A model generated the notes under the pieces. It was not told where the DNA came from. It made no database searches and saw only the letters and a program-made list of their open reading frames with translations. Positions 61,430 through 64,000 of a stretch of 64,000 bases of DNA are shown here, one piece after another (the stretch's first letter is position 1; every line of letters starts with the position of its first letter). Origin of the DNA: Chiloscyllium plagiosum. Taxonomy: Eukaryota. Position numbers and translations under genes: made by a program. The stretch spans positions 61,672,467-61,736,466 of the forward strand of contig NC_057719.1 of assembly GCF_004010195.1 (NCBI RefSeq). The letters run 5' to 3'.

Positions 61430-62000
61430 TCAGGTTCTCATTACACTTGTTCCTGAAACATTCATCGATGCCTTTGTTGTCTCTGTACCTGTCTATTCTA
61501 ATGTTCTCCTTGTTGACCTCATACCTCTCAGCTTCATAGGCTTGACCACATCCAAAATTCTGAAGTTTAAATCCTAGTGCGCATGTAATCTCAGCTACCC
61601 ACCATCCAATTCTTGTTAATCTGCACCAGCACTTCACTTACAATTAACATTCACTTAAATCAGTCTATGATTCATGGTGTTTAATCATCTTGTCCTTCCA
61701 TATCTCTCTAACCTCCTCCAGCCCTAAAATTGCCCATGAACTCCACTTTTCTACAACTCTGGCCTGCTAGATATTTCCTAATGCCTTCACCTTGGTGACC
61801 ATTTCTTCAACCATTCAGCCTTCAAACTCTGGAATTACCTCTTTAAATCTATTCTCCTCTCTGCCTCTCTTTCTTCAATATCTTCTTAAAAACAAGCCTT
61901 TAATCGCCCATCAAAATATCTTTCTTTCACTCTGTCAACCTTTTTCTGTTATTGATGCTGTGAAGTGTCTTGCAAGACTTTCCTCCGATAAACCTGCTGT
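61430..62000 (+). mobile_element. Old L2 LINE 3' remnant
   Basis: ETFIDAFVVS..VYSNVLLVDL (LIHAF..LDY.N.LL-like), 'aaactctggaattacctc' and 'ctgtgaagtgtcttg' 3' motif. Confidence 0.55.
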
Positions 62001-62222
62001 AGTTATTGTATCTACCGAGAAACTCTTTAAAGTTTCATATTTCTCTCTTTCTTCAATATCTTCTTAAAAACAAGCCTTTAATCACCCATCAAAATATCTT
62101 TCTTTCACTCTGTCAACCTTTTTCTGTTATTGATGCTGTGAAATGTCTTGCAAGACTTTCCTCCGATAAACCTGCTGTAATTATTGTATCTACCGAGAAA
62201 CTCTTTAAAGTTTCATATTTCT
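61865..62222. repeat. Tandem duplication, period 178 bp, two copies
   Basis: 61865-62042 versus 62043-62220 differ at three positions that I could see. Confidence 0.93.
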
Positions 62223-62677
62223 GTCCTTTGTTTCCATTCTACACTTCCCATGTATTCACCAATATGTAAATTATTTCTGTGTTTGGATAGTTGAAAGTTT
62301 AGAAGGCAATATCCCTCTAGCCTTCAGCATTGATTAATCAATACCTCTTATAGATCTTTTCCATGTAGTTAGTATTGCAATAGCTAATTTTATTCAGGAA
62401 TTAAACAAAAATATGTGGATGTAGCAATGAAAGTAATGAATAAAGTAGCACAATCTGTTGAAGCAATGGGCAAAATTTAACAGGGTGACAGCCAGCTCAC
62501 CTCCCACCAGAAAGAAACTCAGTGGTCAATGAACTGATGAACAGAGGTATCCAATGAAAATGAAAAAAAACATAATACTATTTTGAATGCCACTTTGATT
62601 TCTTTTCTGAGCTGCTTCTAGCAGTCTCCAGGACATTCCTCGAGGGTTGACAGACTGAGATAACATGGAGCTGACTA

Positions 62678-62750
62678 GCGAGTTTCGAGAAGATTTGTAG
62701 CTTAGGTTGAGATTCTGGATATAGGTTTGCTCGCTGAGCTAGAAAGTTCA
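62678..62750 (-). mobile_element. Possible Penelope-type 3' terminal fragment
   Basis: Minus strand 'agctcagcgagcaaacctatatccagaatctcaacctaagctacaaatcttctcgaaactcgc', recognised from memory as a PLE end. Confidence 0.4.
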
Positions 62751-62939
62751 GGATGTAGTTGACTGATCAGTGGGTGAAAGATGGAAGCTTGGAGCACACT
62801 GGAGCTGATTGGCACAGGAAGTAAGAAAAGACAAGTGTGCTGACAATATCAAGAAAGATCAGTGTGGAACCATGGCAGAAACAGGTTGGAATAGTTAATT
62901 GTGAACTAAAGGTTACAGGACAGTTGAAGAGAATAAGAT

Positions 62940-63240
62940 TAATAGACAATAGGTGCAGGAGTAGGCCATTCTGCCCTTCGAGCCTGCACCACTATTCAAT
63001 ATGATCATGGTTGATCATCCTTAATCAGTATCCTGTTCCTGCCTTATCTCCATAACCCTTGATTCCACTATCCTTGAGAGCTCTATCCAACTCTTTCTTA
63101 AATGAATCCAGAGATCGGGCCTCCACTGCCCTCTGGGGCAGAGCATTCCACACAGCCACCACTCTCTGGATAAAGACGTTTCTCCTCATCTCTGTCCTAA
63201 TGGTCTACCCCGTATTTTAAAGCTGTGTCCTCTGGTTCGG
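62940..63240 (-). mobile_element. CR1-type LINE 3' fragment
   Basis: 'aggagtaggccattctgcccttcgagcctgcacc...ggcagagcattccaca', the reversed CR1 3' end. Confidence 0.85.
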
Positions 63241-64000
63241 AGGTGATCATTTTGACAATCAACAAGAATGGTTACATTGTTAGGTATTTTCGCTGCAGTG
63301 GTATTTTACTGCTGGAATAACTCAAGGGGAATACCCACTGTGGTTAGTCCAAAATGCTAATTGACACAACACCCTTCCAAAGACAAAGGGCTGAAACTTA
63401 TGTTTTTTTGGCGAAGTCCAAGTTGAGTCCAGTTTTTTGGAGAGTTTTTCATCAGGTCTTCCCTTGTCATATCTTAAAAAACTCGCCAAATAAATTATCA
63501 ACTGTGTCAGTATGGTGTCTCTCACCTCTGATTCCAGCCCAATCTAACCAGAATAATTCACCACTCGGTGGTCATCTACCAGAAGACCAGCCTCTTTTGC
63601 ATCCACACCATCTTTGAAGAGCCACGATGCACCCGGACAAGAGTTGATATTTCAGTTTTCCCACCATCCGCAATGTCATGTCACATAGTCAAGAAGTTAC
63701 ATTTCCCCTGGCTGACACTCCTACCACATCTTCTCACCCGAGTCACAGTTTAATTACCACACCACACACTTTACCTGTCAAAGCATTATCCAATCTGATC
63801 ATCTTCTCTAAGTCAATGGTACCCTGTCACCAGTCCCCTGTAGACCTTGGTGAAAATTGTCCACTGGGGAGCATCTCATCCACCCAAACAATTGGGACAA
63901 TTTCAAACTTGAGCTTTTATTTGCAGAAAGCAAAGGGAACACAAGCAAAACCAATAGAGGCTGCATTTTGCCCTAACGATAAAAAACAGATTTTTGTCTC

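Overview
This is AT-rich, repeat-dense eukaryotic DNA from a cartilaginous fish. HE1-type V-SINEs, HER1/CR1 LINEs and Deu-domain SINE relics point to an elasmobranch (inference from repeat content). Most recognisable sequence is decayed mobile DNA: about 15 CR1-type LINE copies or fragments (two retain an ORF1 with a GDS esterase motif plus APE-RT ORF2), RTE, Rex1/Babar and L2 fragments, one decayed Gypsy LTR retrotransposon, probable solo LTRs, TA-flanked MITEs and SINEs, often nested. None of the transposon ORFs is intact. Host coding content is limited to two candidate plus-strand exons (4726-4799, 12207-12281) that splice in frame to a C-terminus I cannot name, plus weaker exon candidates. 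The most striking structure is a set of 11-12 short (70-230 bp) Penelope-like insertions from several subfamilies. Most have a recognisable target duplication (up to 15 bp) and seven are asymmetric palindromes. Their symmetry axis or 5' boundary falls at a minimal hammerhead-ribozyme motif (CTGANGA-stem-GAAACGTC), and one arm carries an extra 32-47 nt tail. A perfect 99-bp inverted repeat lies just downstream of the first candidate exon. All family assignments are from motif recognition by eye and no searches were run. Repeat boundaries are approximate unless a TSD is quoted.
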